Assembly (NCBI GenBank): GCA_965219575.1 | Contig: OZ244779.1 | Coordinates: 2,156,769 to 2,220,768 of the forward strand | Direction: 5' to 3' | Source of the DNA: Candidatus Oxydemutatoraceae bacterium | Lineage (GTDB): Bacteria; Pseudomonadota; Gammaproteobacteria; Poriferisulfidales; Oxydemutatoraceae | Length of the DNA: 64,000 bases | Shown here: positions 30,634 to 41,075 of the stretch, piece after piece | Position numbering within the stretch: the first letter of the stretch is position 1 | How the letters are laid out: each line of letters begins with the position of its first letter | Notes under the pieces: model-generated | Databases searched by the model: none | What the model was told of the DNA's origin: nothing | Seen by the model: only the letters and a program-made list of their open reading frames with translations | Translations under genes and position numbers: made by a program

Positions 30634-31749
30634 TTACGGCGGACCGATTAAAAATAAGTACTCTCTATGCTCGGCGTTATCGTTCACCCATTCTTTAGAC
30701 CAACACATATCCGCCATCACGTTTCTTTTGTAGTTCACTTCGACAAACTCTAGTAAGGTACCTATCCCGTCGATTATATTAGCGAGTTCTTTTTTTGTGG
30801 TTCTACCGCCGGAGCTGTAAGACAATAGAATATAGCGAGCTTTCGTTCTTTTGATGAGTTCGTTTAATGCTTTCATCGCTATATATTGACCGTCTTTATC
30901 TTTTCTGAATTCCTCGAATACCGATGCACATTGCAAATCCCTACTATCGGTTCTCCGATTGACTTTGCCGAAGACATCGGGCTTATCGTGTTTGATAATC
31001 GTCGTCCATATATGATAGTAAGCGGCATATCTGACCCGGCTCGGAGGCATTTTCTCGTTATTCGAACCATAAGGCGGATCAAAATACGCAAAATCAAACT
31101 GATGGCTTTTTACGACATCGAAAATATCACCGCGCATGACCCGATGTTCGCCGCGATGCTTAAATCTTTTAGGCAACCTTAGCAACAAATCCCGATACGA
31201 GCGCGGCGACCATTTTGATAAGTACGACACATAATGCCCCAAGGTACTGTCGACGGTATCGAGCGCATAAATTAAACTCGTCAAAATCACACATTTGTCT
31301 TCCCACGCCAAGTTTAACTTTTCAATTTCATCACGGACGGCATCTAATTTTCGGGTGTTTTTTACCTGAAAAGGCCTTTTGACACTGATTGATTCACCCC
31401 CGTATCTCTCGGTATACCAGCCATCATAGCCTCTTAAGTTATTCAAATGGTCTAATATCTCTTGATAAAAAGCATCGTCTTTCTTCGATTGAAGATAGCA
31501 AACGGCAAAGACTTCCGACCATACCGCAATATCGTTTGCGGTTACTTGATAGCCCAGTTGTGCAAACGCTTGAGAAACTCTAGTTGAGCCGCTAAAACCA
31601 TCCAAAACTTTATTAACCCCGGCCAACTTAGAACTTAGGTTGAGTATATAAGGGAGAATTTTTAACTTTGAACCTACATACTTTATTCCCTCGGTACGCG
31701 GTATGGACAAAGGAGAAGTGTTGAGGAGATCTAGCTGCCGAGCAATCAT
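30634..31749 (-). CDS. Orphan N6-adenine DNA methyltransferase (D12 class)
   Basis: IKYVGSKLKILP, motif I LDGFSGS, catalytic YFDPPY, LLSYS, EYLF. Start trimmed to MIARQ because the longer ORF runs through a repeat element. Confidence 0.88.
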   Translation of the reverse strand: MIARQLDLLNTSPLSIPRTEGIKYVGSKLKILPYILNLSSKLAGVNKVLDGFSGSTRVSQAFAQLGYQVTANDIAVWSEVFAVCYLQSKKDDAFYQEILDHLNNLRGYDGWYTERYGGESISVKRPFQVKNTRKLDAVRDEIEKLNLAWEDKCVILTSLIYALDTVDSTLGHYVSYLSKWSPRSYRDLLLRLPKRFKHRGEHRVMRGDIFDVVKSHQFDFAYFDPPYGSNNEKMPPSRVRYAAYYHIWTTIIKHDKPDVFGKVNRRTDSRDLQCASVFEEFRKDKDGQYIAMKALNELIKRTKARYILLSYSSGGRTTKKELANIIDGIGTLLEFVEVNYKRNVMADMCWSKEWVNDNAEHREYLFLIGPP

Positions 31750-31753
31750 CTTG

Positions 31754-31961
31754 GGGCTGTTGGAAAAATACTGTTCTGCAAAACTGTAACCGCTTGCACC
31801 ATTTGGTTTTGGTTTCCATAAATTGAATAAATAAATGTATAAATCATGCAGGCATAACGCGTTACGGGCGGACATGCAAGTCCGCCCCTACAGGTGGTTT
31901 GCAAATATTCACGGCACACAGCGGTTGGGTTTGAGCGATGTCCGCACTTATTCAACAGCCC
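31754..31961. repeat. Mosaic intergenic repeat (MITE-like, GGGCTGTTG...CAACAGCCC ends), copy 4
   Basis: Terminal inverted repeats. Internal core and GTAG-type REP hairpin (GGGCGGAC..GTCCGCCCCTAC) are highly similar to 62918-63054. Confidence 0.85.
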
Positions 31962-31966
31962 TGCAT

Positions 31967-33034
31967 TTAGGATATCGGCTGGGGTTCACGCGGCCAGGCT
32001 TTTAGTACTGCGTTGACGACCGTCGCCAGAGGAATAGCAAAGAAGACACCCCATACCCCCCAGATACCGCCGAAGATCAGTATTGCCGAAATAATTGCCA
32101 CCGGATGCAGGTTGACTACCTCCGAAAACAGAAAAGGAACAAGCAGGTTGCCGTCGAGAAATTGAATAACGGCATAGGCAATCATCAGATAAACGAACTC
32201 TGCGGAAAGACCCCATTGTGCATAAGCGACCATTGCCACCGGTAGCGTCATAACCGCAGCACCCAAAAAAGGAACGATGACCGAAATGCCGACCAAAAAG
32301 GAGAGCAACGGGGCATAATTCAAACCCAGTGCCGCAAAGACTATCCACGAAACCACCCAAACTATCAATATCTCCAAGAGCTTGCCGCGTATATAGTTTG
32401 AAACCTTTTGATTGGCTTCTTGCCACACTTGTGTGGTCAACGCACGGTTTTCCTTACGCGGCAAAAGTTTGGCAACCCAGCCGAGCAATAAATCTTTGTC
32501 TTTCAAAAAGAAAAAGACCAACAAAGGCACCAACACCAAATAAACCAAAACCGTAATAAAGCCTTGAATCGAAACAAGCAAAGTGCTCAATACGCCTTGT
32601 GCTATATCGGCAATTTCTTCGCGTAGACTGGCAATAAAATTAGTGATTTGTCGCTCCTCTATAAACTCGGGATAGATCTGGGGCAGTTGCAATAGTAACT
32701 GCTGACCTCGGCTGGCAATCGCCGGCAGGTCGCGCAAGAAGTCGGTGATCTCTACCGTCATCAACGGTAGCAGTACCACTAAAATAAATAACACGATGCC
32801 GATAAACAAAAGATAAACGGCGGTCAGTGCCAGCGTCGACGAAAGATTCCACTGCTTTAGCAAATCAACCGCACCGTCGAGGATATAAGCCAAAACCAAG
32901 GCGATGATCAAGGGCGTTAATATGTCGCTCGCTACATTCAGTACGATTATAACCGCCACCAGCAATACAATCAGCACTACCAGCTGTGCGTTGGAGAAAA
33001 CTTTGTTAAACCATTGTGTTACTAATGAAGCCAT
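31967..33034 (-). CDS. AI-2E family permease (PerM-like)
   Basis: Multi-TM; NYIRGKLLEI, VPFLGA, IQFLDGNLLVPFLFSEVVNLHPV, WGVWGVFFAIP. Confidence 0.92.
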   Translation of the reverse strand: MASLVTQWFNKVFSNAQLVVLIVLLVAVIIVLNVASDILTPLIIALVLAYILDGAVDLLKQWNLSSTLALTAVYLLFIGIVLFILVVLLPLMTVEITDFLRDLPAIASRGQQLLLQLPQIYPEFIEERQITNFIASLREEIADIAQGVLSTLLVSIQGFITVLVYLVLVPLLVFFFLKDKDLLLGWVAKLLPRKENRALTTQVWQEANQKVSNYIRGKLLEILIVWVVSWIVFAALGLNYAPLLSFLVGISVIVPFLGAAVMTLPVAMVAYAQWGLSAEFVYLMIAYAVIQFLDGNLLVPFLFSEVVNLHPVAIISAILIFGGIWGVWGVFFAIPLATVVNAVLKAWPREPQPIS

Positions 33035-33164
33035 GTAGCCATTCGATAAAAATATATATCATACACGATATAATAGAAGCACCCTATATAAGATGTGCGG
33101 GAATGATGTATGATATGCAAATACCAAGTCAAAAAATATAGAAAAATCACCTAAAATATAGTTT

Positions 33165-34883
33165 ATGCGTATCTCTTTATTCCCTCTAAACACGCTAAAG
33201 GAAACACCTGCCGATGCAGAAATAATCAGCCACCGACTGATGCTACGCGCAGGAATGATACGCAGGCTCTCGTCCGGGCTTTATACATGGTTGCCGATGG
33301 GGTTGCGCGTATTGCATAAAGTCACCGACATTGTTCGCGAAGAGATGGATGCTGCAGGTGCCGTTGAATTGTTAATGCCGGCGATACAGCCTGCGGAAAT
33401 ATGGCAAGAATCGGCGCGCTGGGAACACTATGGAGCCGAACTGTTGCGCGTCACCGACCGCCATCAAAACGATTTTGTCTTCGGACCTACCCACGAAGAA
33501 GTGATCACCGACCTCGCTCGGCGCGAATTCCGTAGTTATCGTCAGCTACCCGTTAATTACTATCAAATTCAAACCAAATTTCGCGATGAAATCCGACCGC
33601 GTTTCGGAGTGATGCGCGCCCGGGAATTCATTATGAAGGATGCTTATTCATTCCATACCGACGAGAAATCGCTGGACGAATGTTATCAAACGATGTATCG
33701 TGCGTATCATACTATATTTAGACGGCTCGGATTAGATTGTCGATCGGTATTGGCCGATACCGGTAGCATCGGCGGCAGTGCTTCGCACGAATTTCATGTG
33801 CTTGCGAATTCGGGAGAAGACGCTATCGCATTCTCGGACAACGACGACTATGCGGCTAATGTGGAGCTTGCACCGACACCGAATGAAGGAGAACGACCCG
33901 AGGCAAAAGAGAATTTAAACAAAATCGCAACACCCGGCATTGAAAGCATCACTGCGCTTGCGCAGTTCATAAAAGTCGACGAAAAAAAATGTTTGAAAAC
34001 ACTGATTCTTAAAGGCACCGATAGTGCTTTGGCGGCACTTTTCCTGCGTGGCGACCACACGCTGAATTTGAGTAAAGCGGCCAAACACCCCGCTATCAAG
34101 GATCCTATAGAGTTTGCCGAAGATGCGGAAATTGTCGAGCATATAAAATGTCCTCCCGGTTCACTCGGTCCTCTAGGAATGGATATCCCGATCATCGCCG
34201 ATTATGCGGTAGCTCGAATGGTTGATTTCGTTGCCGGTGCCAACGAAAAGGATTATCACTATACCGGTATGAACTGGGGACGCGATCTGCCGGAACCACA
34301 AACATACGATTTACGGAACATAGAGGAAGGTGACCCTAGTCCGAGTGGGCGCGGACATATACGTATACGGCGAGGCATAGAGGTCGGACATATTTTCAAG
34401 CTCGGTACTAAATATAGCGAAGCGATGAATGCAACGGTACTCGATGAAAACGATCAACCGACGACTATGACTATGGGATGCTACGGGATCGGTGTGTCGC
34501 GTATCGTTGCCGCTGCAATAGAGCAAAACCATGACGAGGCGGGAATTATTTGGCCTGCGGCGATGGCACCTTTTATGCTATCTCTCACCCCCATACAATA
34601 TCACCGCAACCCGAAAGTGAAACAGGAAAGTGAAAATTTATATAATGCTTTGTGCGATATGGGGGTCGAAGTTCTTTTGGACGACCGAGATGTGCGTGTC
34701 GGAGTGATGTTCTCCGATAGTGATTTATTGGGTTTGCCGTGGCGCATAGTAATAAGCGAACGCCGGCTCGCACAAGGCGAAATTGAATTGATCGAACGCC
34801 GAAACCGAGCAGAAAACGTATTAAAATATACCGATGCAAAAACAACCGCGCAATCTATAATAGAGAAAATTCAACCGAACTAA
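33165..34883 (+). CDS. proS: Proline--tRNA ligase
   Basis: [57 protein letters not shown]. Confidence 0.98.
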   Translation: MRISLFPLNTLKETPADAEIISHRLMLRAGMIRRLSSGLYTWLPMGLRVLHKVTDIVREEMDAAGAVELLMPAIQPAEIWQESARWEHYGAELLRVTDRHQNDFVFGPTHEEVITDLARREFRSYRQLPVNYYQIQTKFRDEIRPRFGVMRAREFIMKDAYSFHTDEKSLDECYQTMYRAYHTIFRRLGLDCRSVLADTGSIGGSASHEFHVLANSGEDAIAFSDNDDYAANVELAPTPNEGERPEAKENLNKIATPGIESITALAQFIKVDEKKCLKTLILKGTDSALAALFLRGDHTLNLSKAAKHPAIKDPIEFAEDAEIVEHIKCPPGSLGPLGMDIPIIADYAVARMVDFVAGANEKDYHYTGMNWGRDLPEPQTYDLRNIEEGDPSPSGRGHIRIRRGIEVGHIFKLGTKYSEAMNATVLDENDQPTTMTMGCYGIGVSRIVAAAIEQNHDEAGIIWPAAMAPFMLSLTPIQYHRNPKVKQESENLYNALCDMGVEVLLDDRDVRVGVMFSDSDLLGLPWRIVISERRLAQGEIELIERRNRAENVLKYTDAKTTAQSIIEKIQPN

Positions 34884-34896
34884 TGTTACGAATACT

Positions 34897-35217
34897 ATGA
34901 AAAATATCGTTTTGCTAATCGTATCGCTGGTTGTTATAACCGGCTGCGCCTCGACCGAACTTACGCTACAAGGAAGCAAAGTTAATGTAGGCAAAGAGTC
35001 CGACCTCAAACAATGCCAAATATTAGGAAGCACGCGTCTGTCGCTGTCACCGACACGCACCAAACTAATGAAAGAAAAGCGAATCAAAGAGCAACTGACC
35101 TTAGAAGCACGAAACTTCGCAGCACGAATCGGCGGCAATATGATATTACCCGTCGGGACCCCCGAAGAGGGCAAACAATCTTTCAAGATTTATAATTGCC
35201 CACTGTTCGACAACTAA
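34897..35217 (+). CDS. Small lipoprotein (DUF4156-like)
   Basis: Lipobox ITGC; LTLQGSKV...CQILG...ARNFAARIGGN...YNCP. Confidence 0.7.
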   Translation: MKNIVLLIVSLVVITGCASTELTLQGSKVNVGKESDLKQCQILGSTRLSLSPTRTKLMKEKRIKEQLTLEARNFAARIGGNMILPVGTPEEGKQSFKIYNCPLFDN

Positions 35218-35234
35218 AGCGAAACTCGAAGTCA

Positions 35235-36068
35235 ATGCCCGCATCTTCTATTTTAATAACCGGATGTTCTACCGGCATAGGCTATAGTGCCGCCGTTGAA
35301 TTGAAAAAACGAGGATACAGGGTCTTTGCAACCGCACGAAAAGATGACGATATAGCGCGTCTTTGCAAGCAAGGTTTCGAAGCGGCAAAACTCGACTTGA
35401 ATTCATCGGATAGCATTCGGCAATGCTTCGATTGGGTAATGCAACAAAGCGGTGGTACCCTCGACGCACTATTCAATAACGGTGGTTACGGTCAAGTCGG
35501 GGCCATTGAAGATTTGAGCCGTGAACAATTACGGCTACAGTTCGAAACCAATCTTTTCGGTTGGCACGAATTGACCTGCCTTGCAGTCTCCGTGATGCGT
35601 CGACAAAAACACGGACGTATAGTACAGAACGGGTCGGGTCTGGGTTTATTCGTGCTACCACTACGCGGGGCTTATAACGCCAGTAAACATGCGTTAGAGG
35701 GATGGGCCGACACTTTGCGTTTGGAAATGGCCGACACGAACATCAAAATATCGATTTTGGAACCGGGTCCGATAGATACACCCTTTAGACAAAATAGCTT
35801 AAAAACTTTAGAAAGTATTATTAACAAGCAAGAGAGTTTTCATATGAGTAGTTATAGCAAAATGATAGAACGGCTGGAAGTAGTAGGTCCGGCGGTTTCG
35901 TTCACGCTTCCGCCCGAGGCCGTCGTCAAAAAGCTGATACACGCGCTTGAAAGCAAGCATCCTCGTACGCGCTATCGCATCACATTTCCGGTAATCGTAC
36001 TTTGGTATATGAAAAAATGGCTCAGCGATCGTATGTTTGACCGTATTTTGCTGAAAGCAAAGCAGTAA
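35235..36068 (+). CDS. Short-chain dehydrogenase/reductase (YbbO-like)
   Basis: ITGCSTGIG, LFNNGG, YNASK (YxxxK), LEPGPI. Start trimmed to MPASS. Confidence 0.9.
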   Translation: MPASSILITGCSTGIGYSAAVELKKRGYRVFATARKDDDIARLCKQGFEAAKLDLNSSDSIRQCFDWVMQQSGGTLDALFNNGGYGQVGAIEDLSREQLRLQFETNLFGWHELTCLAVSVMRRQKHGRIVQNGSGLGLFVLPLRGAYNASKHALEGWADTLRLEMADTNIKISILEPGPIDTPFRQNSLKTLESIINKQESFHMSSYSKMIERLEVVGPAVSFTLPPEAVVKKLIHALESKHPRTRYRITFPVIVLWYMKKWLSDRMFDRILLKAKQ

Positions 36069-36121
36069 AAATTACTACAACGGGATTGTAATCGTTATTT
36101 AGACGGATAAACATTTAAATC

Positions 36122-36766
36122 GTGCCTATTTTTCAGCAGCCTCGAATAGCTTATTATAAATATAGCTATTTAATCATTGTCGCAACACTGCTATCGGCTT
36201 GTGCCACACCCCAGCCGCAAAATATCAACAATGCCTGCGAGATATTCGAGGAAAAAAAATCGTGGCGCGAGGCTGCCATCTCCTCTCAGGAACGTTGGAA
36301 TATCCCTATGGAAGTTACTTTGGCGTTCGTGCATCAGGAGTCATCTTTCAAAGGCAACGCAAAACCACCTAGAAAAAAACTACTCGGATTTATCCCGTGG
36401 TTCGGTAGAGTATCTTCGGCCTCGGGCTATTCTCAGGCTTTAGACGAAAGTTGGGGTGAATATAAAAGAGAAACCGGGCGGTGGTATGCTCGCCGTAGTA
36501 GTTTCAAATATTCTGCCGATTTCATCGGCTGGTATAACAACAAAAGCGTGAGAGAAATCGGGTTATCACCCAACGATGCCTATTCACTCTACTTAGCGTA
36601 TCACGAAGGTAGGGGAGGATTTAAGCGCAAAACTTATAACCAAAAACCTTGGTTACTCAAGGTGGCAACCAAAGTCAAACAACGCACGGCGGCGTACCGC
36701 CAACAAATTGCCGGCTGTCCGGCTAAGCCACGCTCGTGGTTTTCAAAATTGATAAGCCTTAACTAG
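36122..36766 (+). CDS. Lytic transglycosylase SLT-like lipoprotein
   Basis: Lipobox LLSAC; catalytic-type HQESSF, SSASGYSQA, ADFIGWY, YLAYHEG. Confidence 0.82.
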   Translation: MPIFQQPRIAYYKYSYLIIVATLLSACATPQPQNINNACEIFEEKKSWREAAISSQERWNIPMEVTLAFVHQESSFKGNAKPPRKKLLGFIPWFGRVSSASGYSQALDESWGEYKRETGRWYARRSSFKYSADFIGWYNNKSVREIGLSPNDAYSLYLAYHEGRGGFKRKTYNQKPWLLKVATKVKQRTAAYRQQIAGCPAKPRSWFSKLISLN

Positions 36767-36822
36767 TTGCAAATAGGGTTATCGGCCGACCGGGATCTAT
36801 ACCGACTCGGCTAATCGTAAAA

Positions 36823-36896
36823 TGGCTATGGCTGGACTTGAACCAGCGACCCCGGCATTATGAATGCCGTGCTCTAACCAACTGAGCTACATAGCC
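36823..36896 (-). tRNA. tRNA-Met (CAT, elongator type); 3' CCA not encoded
   Basis: GGCTATGTAGCTCAGTTGGTTAGAGCACGGCATTCATAATGCCGGGGTCGCTGGTTCAAGTCCAGCCATAGCCA folds as a cloverleaf with anticodon CAT and resembles E. coli metT. Confidence 0.93.
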
Positions 36897-36999
36897 ACCG
36901 TGAAAAATAATTATACTTTATAAGATATGTCTCCGAAAATTTGAATTCGAAAATGTTATAATCGTTATTCTTATCTAAGGATTGATAAATTTCAAAAAC

Positions 37000-37965
37000 A
37001 TGCAGACTATCCCTATTTATATTATCAGTCTAAGGCGAACACCCGAGCGTAGACTGCATATACAAAGACAACTCGATGCCTACAACTTAAAATATCGGGT
37101 GATAGAAGCCGTAGACGCTTATAATTTTCAAGAATCCGAGTTAAGCGTGCTCGATATAGAAAATCCGTATCAAGAAGATAATACCGACCGGCTCAGCACG
37201 CTGGGTTGCCTACTAAGTCATATAGAATTCTATAATCAAGTCATTAAAAATAATCACGAGATAGCTTGCGTGTTAGAAGATGATGCAAAATTATTGCCTT
37301 CTTTCCCCGATGTTCTAAACTCCGAAAAATTGCAACAGAAAAAATGGGAAATTTTATTACTAGCACATCAATCGAATATAGTTACCGAGTTGCTAAAACT
37401 ATATTATAAACATGCTAAAATCAAGAGGTTTCGCCTTTATGACAAATATATATTAGGTGCCCTACCCGGTAATTTCTCGGAACAGATATGCGAAAAACAT
37501 TATATCGGCAAAACTAGAGAACATACGAAATCGACATTGGGTTATCTACTAAGACTATCGGCAGCAAAGACGCTTAAGAGAATCGCGCTTGCGTACAAAA
37601 ATTATGTTTATATAGACGATATCACCGGAGATCAAAGCGTATCCGGAGTTGATACCAAACTGATAACCCCCCCCTGCATCAGACCGAATATTACTTATAT
37701 TAGATATAGTTTAATCGCGCAGAGAGGTTCTGTTCCGAACCCCGGTAAAATTCCGAACGAAGAATTATTGAGTTTTTTTATGCGAAATAAATGGATAACC
37801 ATAATGACACAACTCGCCAAGTTCAAAAGAATAAAACTCATGTTAAGATTTGCAATGATATTAGTACTCTTCGAATGGGAAAGGATGAAAAAATATCTTA
37901 TGCCGAACAAATACTGCAATGAAAGAATACTTTTAGCAAAGAAAAATCATACGGCTTCTAAGTAG
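37000..37965 (+). CDS. Glycosyltransferase family 25 (LPS/LOS biosynthesis-like)
   Basis: IYIISLRRTPERR, EAVD, LGCLLSH, VLEDDA, TLGYLL. Visibly AT-rich. Confidence 0.88.
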   Translation: MQTIPIYIISLRRTPERRLHIQRQLDAYNLKYRVIEAVDAYNFQESELSVLDIENPYQEDNTDRLSTLGCLLSHIEFYNQVIKNNHEIACVLEDDAKLLPSFPDVLNSEKLQQKKWEILLLAHQSNIVTELLKLYYKHAKIKRFRLYDKYILGALPGNFSEQICEKHYIGKTREHTKSTLGYLLRLSAAKTLKRIALAYKNYVYIDDITGDQSVSGVDTKLITPPCIRPNITYIRYSLIAQRGSVPNPGKIPNEELLSFFMRNKWITIMTQLAKFKRIKLMLRFAMILVLFEWERMKKYLMPNKYCNERILLAKKNHTASK

Positions 37966-38000
37966 TACCGACCATAGCTTGCCCTGTTAGATAAACATTC

Positions 38001-39089
38001 CTAAACATTAAATCGGAAGTGCACAACGTCGGCTTCTTGCACTACATACTCTTTACCTTCGAGACGCCATTTGCCGCCATCCTTGGCACCCTGCTCTCCA
38101 CCATGATTTATATAATCCTCGTAAGCAATCACTTCTGCCCGAATGAAACCTTTTTCAAAATCACCGTGTATACAAGCTGCTGCACGCGGTGCGGTTGCAC
38201 CTCGGAAAACCGTCCACGCTCTAGCTTCTTTAGGACCTGCGGTGAAAAATGTGAGTAAATCGAGTAAGCGATAACCCGCTTGCGCAACGCGTTCCAGACC
38301 GGTTTTTTCCAACCCCATATCTTCCATAAATTCCTGTTGCTCCGCTCTATCCAAACCGACCAGCTCTGCTTCAAATTTTGCGCAAACCTCAACGAGAGTT
38401 ATATTTTGTTCGGTTGCATACCGGGTCAACTGCTCGCGATACGCATTTTCTTTCAGGTTTTGATCGTCTATATTGGCGATCAGCATCATCGGCTTCGAAC
38501 TCAGCAAGTCTAATTCTCGTATTTGCATTCGTTGCACTTCGTTCAGCTTTAAGCTGCGAATGCTATTCCCTTCGGCCAGGTGTTCGTATAATCGTTCCAG
38601 TGTCTGTTTTTTCAAAATCTCTTCCTTATTCCCCGATTTTGCATTTTTAGCAATACGCCGACACGCGCGATCGACCATTTCCAAGTCGGAAAGCAGTAAT
38701 TCCGTGTTGATGGTCTCTGCATCGGACAACGGGTCAACCTTTCCTTCCACATGGCTCACCTCACCTTGAAAACATCTTAAAACCTGCACAATCGCGTGCG
38801 TACCTCTGATATGAGACAGGAATTGATTACCAAGCCCTTCACCTTTCGAAGCACCTTTGACGAGCCCGGCAATATCTACAAATTCAATTGCGGTCGGCAC
38901 CTTTTTGGCCGACGATGCCAGCTTCGCCAATCGGTCCAAGCGCTCGTCCGGAACCTCTACTACGCCGGTGTTCGGGTCTATCGTACAAAAAGGGTAATTC
39001 TCCGCCGGAATATCGGCACCGGTTAAGGCATTGAATAGAGTGGATTTGCCTACATTGGGTAAACCCACGATACCGCACTTAAATCCCAT
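38001..39089 (-). CDS. ychF: Redox-regulated ATPase YchF
   Basis: GIVGLPNVGKSTLFN, YPFCTIDPN, DIAGLVKGASKGEGLGN, FTAGPKE. Confidence 0.97.
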   Translation of the reverse strand: MGFKCGIVGLPNVGKSTLFNALTGADIPAENYPFCTIDPNTGVVEVPDERLDRLAKLASSAKKVPTAIEFVDIAGLVKGASKGEGLGNQFLSHIRGTHAIVQVLRCFQGEVSHVEGKVDPLSDAETINTELLLSDLEMVDRACRRIAKNAKSGNKEEILKKQTLERLYEHLAEGNSIRSLKLNEVQRMQIRELDLLSSKPMMLIANIDDQNLKENAYREQLTRYATEQNITLVEVCAKFEAELVGLDRAEQQEFMEDMGLEKTGLERVAQAGYRLLDLLTFFTAGPKEARAWTVFRGATAPRAAACIHGDFEKGFIRAEVIAYEDYINHGGEQGAKDGGKWRLEGKEYVVQEADVVHFRFNV

Positions 39090-39100
39090 TAGCCTGTCGT

Positions 39101-39679
39101 TTATGTATGTAGGGTTTCCATCGCTTTTTGAAACTCTCCCACCACCATATCTTCGACTAGGATAGAGAGTTTCGGAAAATAAGCCTCTATCGCAAGACGC
39201 TCGTCTGTTTTAGGATCCGCTAAAACATAAGGTGCGACTTTATCCTTAGAACCGGGGTGGCCTACACCGATGCGCAGACGCCAAAAATCTTTGCCCAGAT
39301 GCCTAATAATGTCCAATAATCCGTTATGTCCCCCGTGTCCACCGCCGTATTTGATGCGTATCTTTGTGGTTTCAAAATCTATCTCGTCGTGGACTATTAA
39401 AACTCGTTGCATATCCAACTTGTAAAAATGAATAACGGTAGCAAGTGCCAAACCACTCACATTCATAAATACATTCGGTTTTACCAGCTTTACCCGCCGA
39501 CCGGAAAGCATAATATCGGAGATTGCACTTCTGAGTTTAGCGTGTGCTTTGAATTGTGCTCGGTGTGTGTTCGCTAAATAATCTATGAACCAAAAACCTG
39601 CGTTGTGTCGATTATTTCGGTATTCGGTGCCGGGGTTGCCCAAACCCGCAATCAGCTCGATACCCGTCCGACTAGCCAC
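39101..39679 (-). CDS. pth: Peptidyl-tRNA hydrolase
   Basis: GLGNPG, RHNAGF, FMNVSG, GGHGGHNGL, RLRIGVGHP. Confidence 0.97.
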   Translation of the reverse strand: MASRTGIELIAGLGNPGTEYRNNRHNAGFWFIDYLANTHRAQFKAHAKLRSAISDIMLSGRRVKLVKPNVFMNVSGLALATVIHFYKLDMQRVLIVHDEIDFETTKIRIKYGGGHGGHNGLLDIIRHLGKDFWRLRIGVGHPGSKDKVAPYVLADPKTDERLAIEAYFPKLSILVEDMVVGEFQKAMETLHT

Positions 39680-39717
39680 AAATTTCTAAACGATGGTGAT
39701 GCAATAGCCAAACCCGA

Positions 39718-40389
39718 TTACTCTTTATCGTCCTTCGCTTCCTTCTGTTCTTCCGCTTGCTGTTGTTCTTCGCCCGCTTCTGCTACGGCTCTTTCTTCTG
39801 CCTCGGTTACCCGTGGCATAATCACCGAAACGAGCGCATAGTCGTTCGCCTCACCTTGCGACAACGCCACCAGACTAATACCTTCCGGTAACTCAAGGTC
39901 GGACAAATGCAAAGAACTACCTAAACCCAAATCGGCAACATCAACGTCCAGATATTCGGGTAGATCCTTGGGTAAGCACGATACTTCGACATCGGTCTGT
40001 GTGTGGCTGATAATCCCTCCCTGTTGCTTGACACCTGCACATGTATCCTCGTTGACAAAATGCAACGGCACATTCACCTTGATCTGTTGGTCGTCGCTAA
40101 TTCTAAAAAAATCTATATGCAATACTTGCGCTTTGCTAGGATGACGTTGTATATCACGCAAAATAACTTTTTCATTCTTATCGACAGCTTTTAAGGTCAA
40201 AATGTGTGAATAAAAAGACTCGTTTTCTAAATGCCGTATTAGTTCGTTGTGATTAATAGAAAGCAATACGGGTGGGCGATTGCCACCGTAGACTACCGCA
40301 GGCACTTGCCCTGCCTTTCGCATACGGCGGTTCGTGCTGGTATTGGATTGATTGCGCGATTCTACTTTAATCTCAAATTCCTGTTGCAT
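39718..40389 (-). CDS. rplY: 50S ribosomal protein L25/Ctc
   Basis: VPAVVYGG, DIQRHP, HIDF, GVKQQGG, CLPKDLPE. Confidence 0.96.
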   Translation of the reverse strand: MQQEFEIKVESRNQSNTSTNRRMRKAGQVPAVVYGGNRPPVLLSINHNELIRHLENESFYSHILTLKAVDKNEKVILRDIQRHPSKAQVLHIDFFRISDDQQIKVNVPLHFVNEDTCAGVKQQGGIISHTQTDVEVSCLPKDLPEYLDVDVADLGLGSSLHLSDLELPEGISLVALSQGEANDYALVSVIMPRVTEAEERAVAEAGEEQQQAEEQKEAKDDKE

Positions 40390-40500
40390 AGTAGTCTCCT
40401 TTTTACATCAATAGGCTGCCGGCTTTCACACAGACCGACATAATTTCCGCTGAGTGGCTTTGCGACACTAGAACCAATGAGTATTTTATCTAAGTTGACT

Positions 40501-40716
40501 CTATTCTTTAGAGTCGGTATGCCATAACCATGGACGATCTTTCATGATCAGGAAAAATATCCACACGTTGCCGACCAAGCCGATCAATAAAACAACGGCA
40601 GCACCCAAACTCCACAGAGGATCGTGTAAATGGTCGGAAAATGGAGCCATATTTATGGCATAAGCAATGAATATGGACCACACGACCATCAGTGCTATAG
40701 TAATCAATAATTTCAT
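40501..40716 (-). CDS. Small two-TM hypothetical membrane protein
   Basis: 71-aa ORF with two hydrophobic segments and GGGGTG upstream. Confidence 0.6.
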   Translation of the reverse strand: MKLLITIALMVVWSIFIAYAINMAPFSDHLHDPLWSLGAAVVLLIGLVGNVWIFFLIMKDRPWLWHTDSKE

Positions 40717-41075
40717 ATTTCACCCCATAGTTATTTCTATACTAGAGTAGCATGGGAATTATATAAGTAACTTGACAAACTCCGTTAGACTGCCTCGCCA
40801 CTCTATTTATTGACACTTCGCAGACCATAATTGCAATCTCCATGTCCAGCTGCGGTATTCCCGACCGCCGATCCGCAACCAAGCAAATGTGGAATGGCTG
40901 TTATTCAGATAATTCACATTATATTACAAAATTTCTTTCTTGCGCTTTATTTTTTTGCCAAGTTATCTATATAATTCCCAAGGAGTTTATAAGCAGAGTT
41001 GCGGATTGCTAATTCGGTGGATAAACGCGTTAATCGTGTAATAATTGCACCACCGATAACGCTACACGGAAATGA

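Noticed and set aside
31750-31955. N-terminal extension of the MTase and short ORFs within the repeats (also 2273-2494, 24980-25321, 62824-63066)
   Set aside because: These are translations of the intergenic repeat family, and their similarity is at the DNA level.
40390-40480. Possible L25 autoregulatory leader hairpins upstream of rplY
   Set aside because: Some pairing is visible but cannot be matched to the known leader without a covariance-model search.
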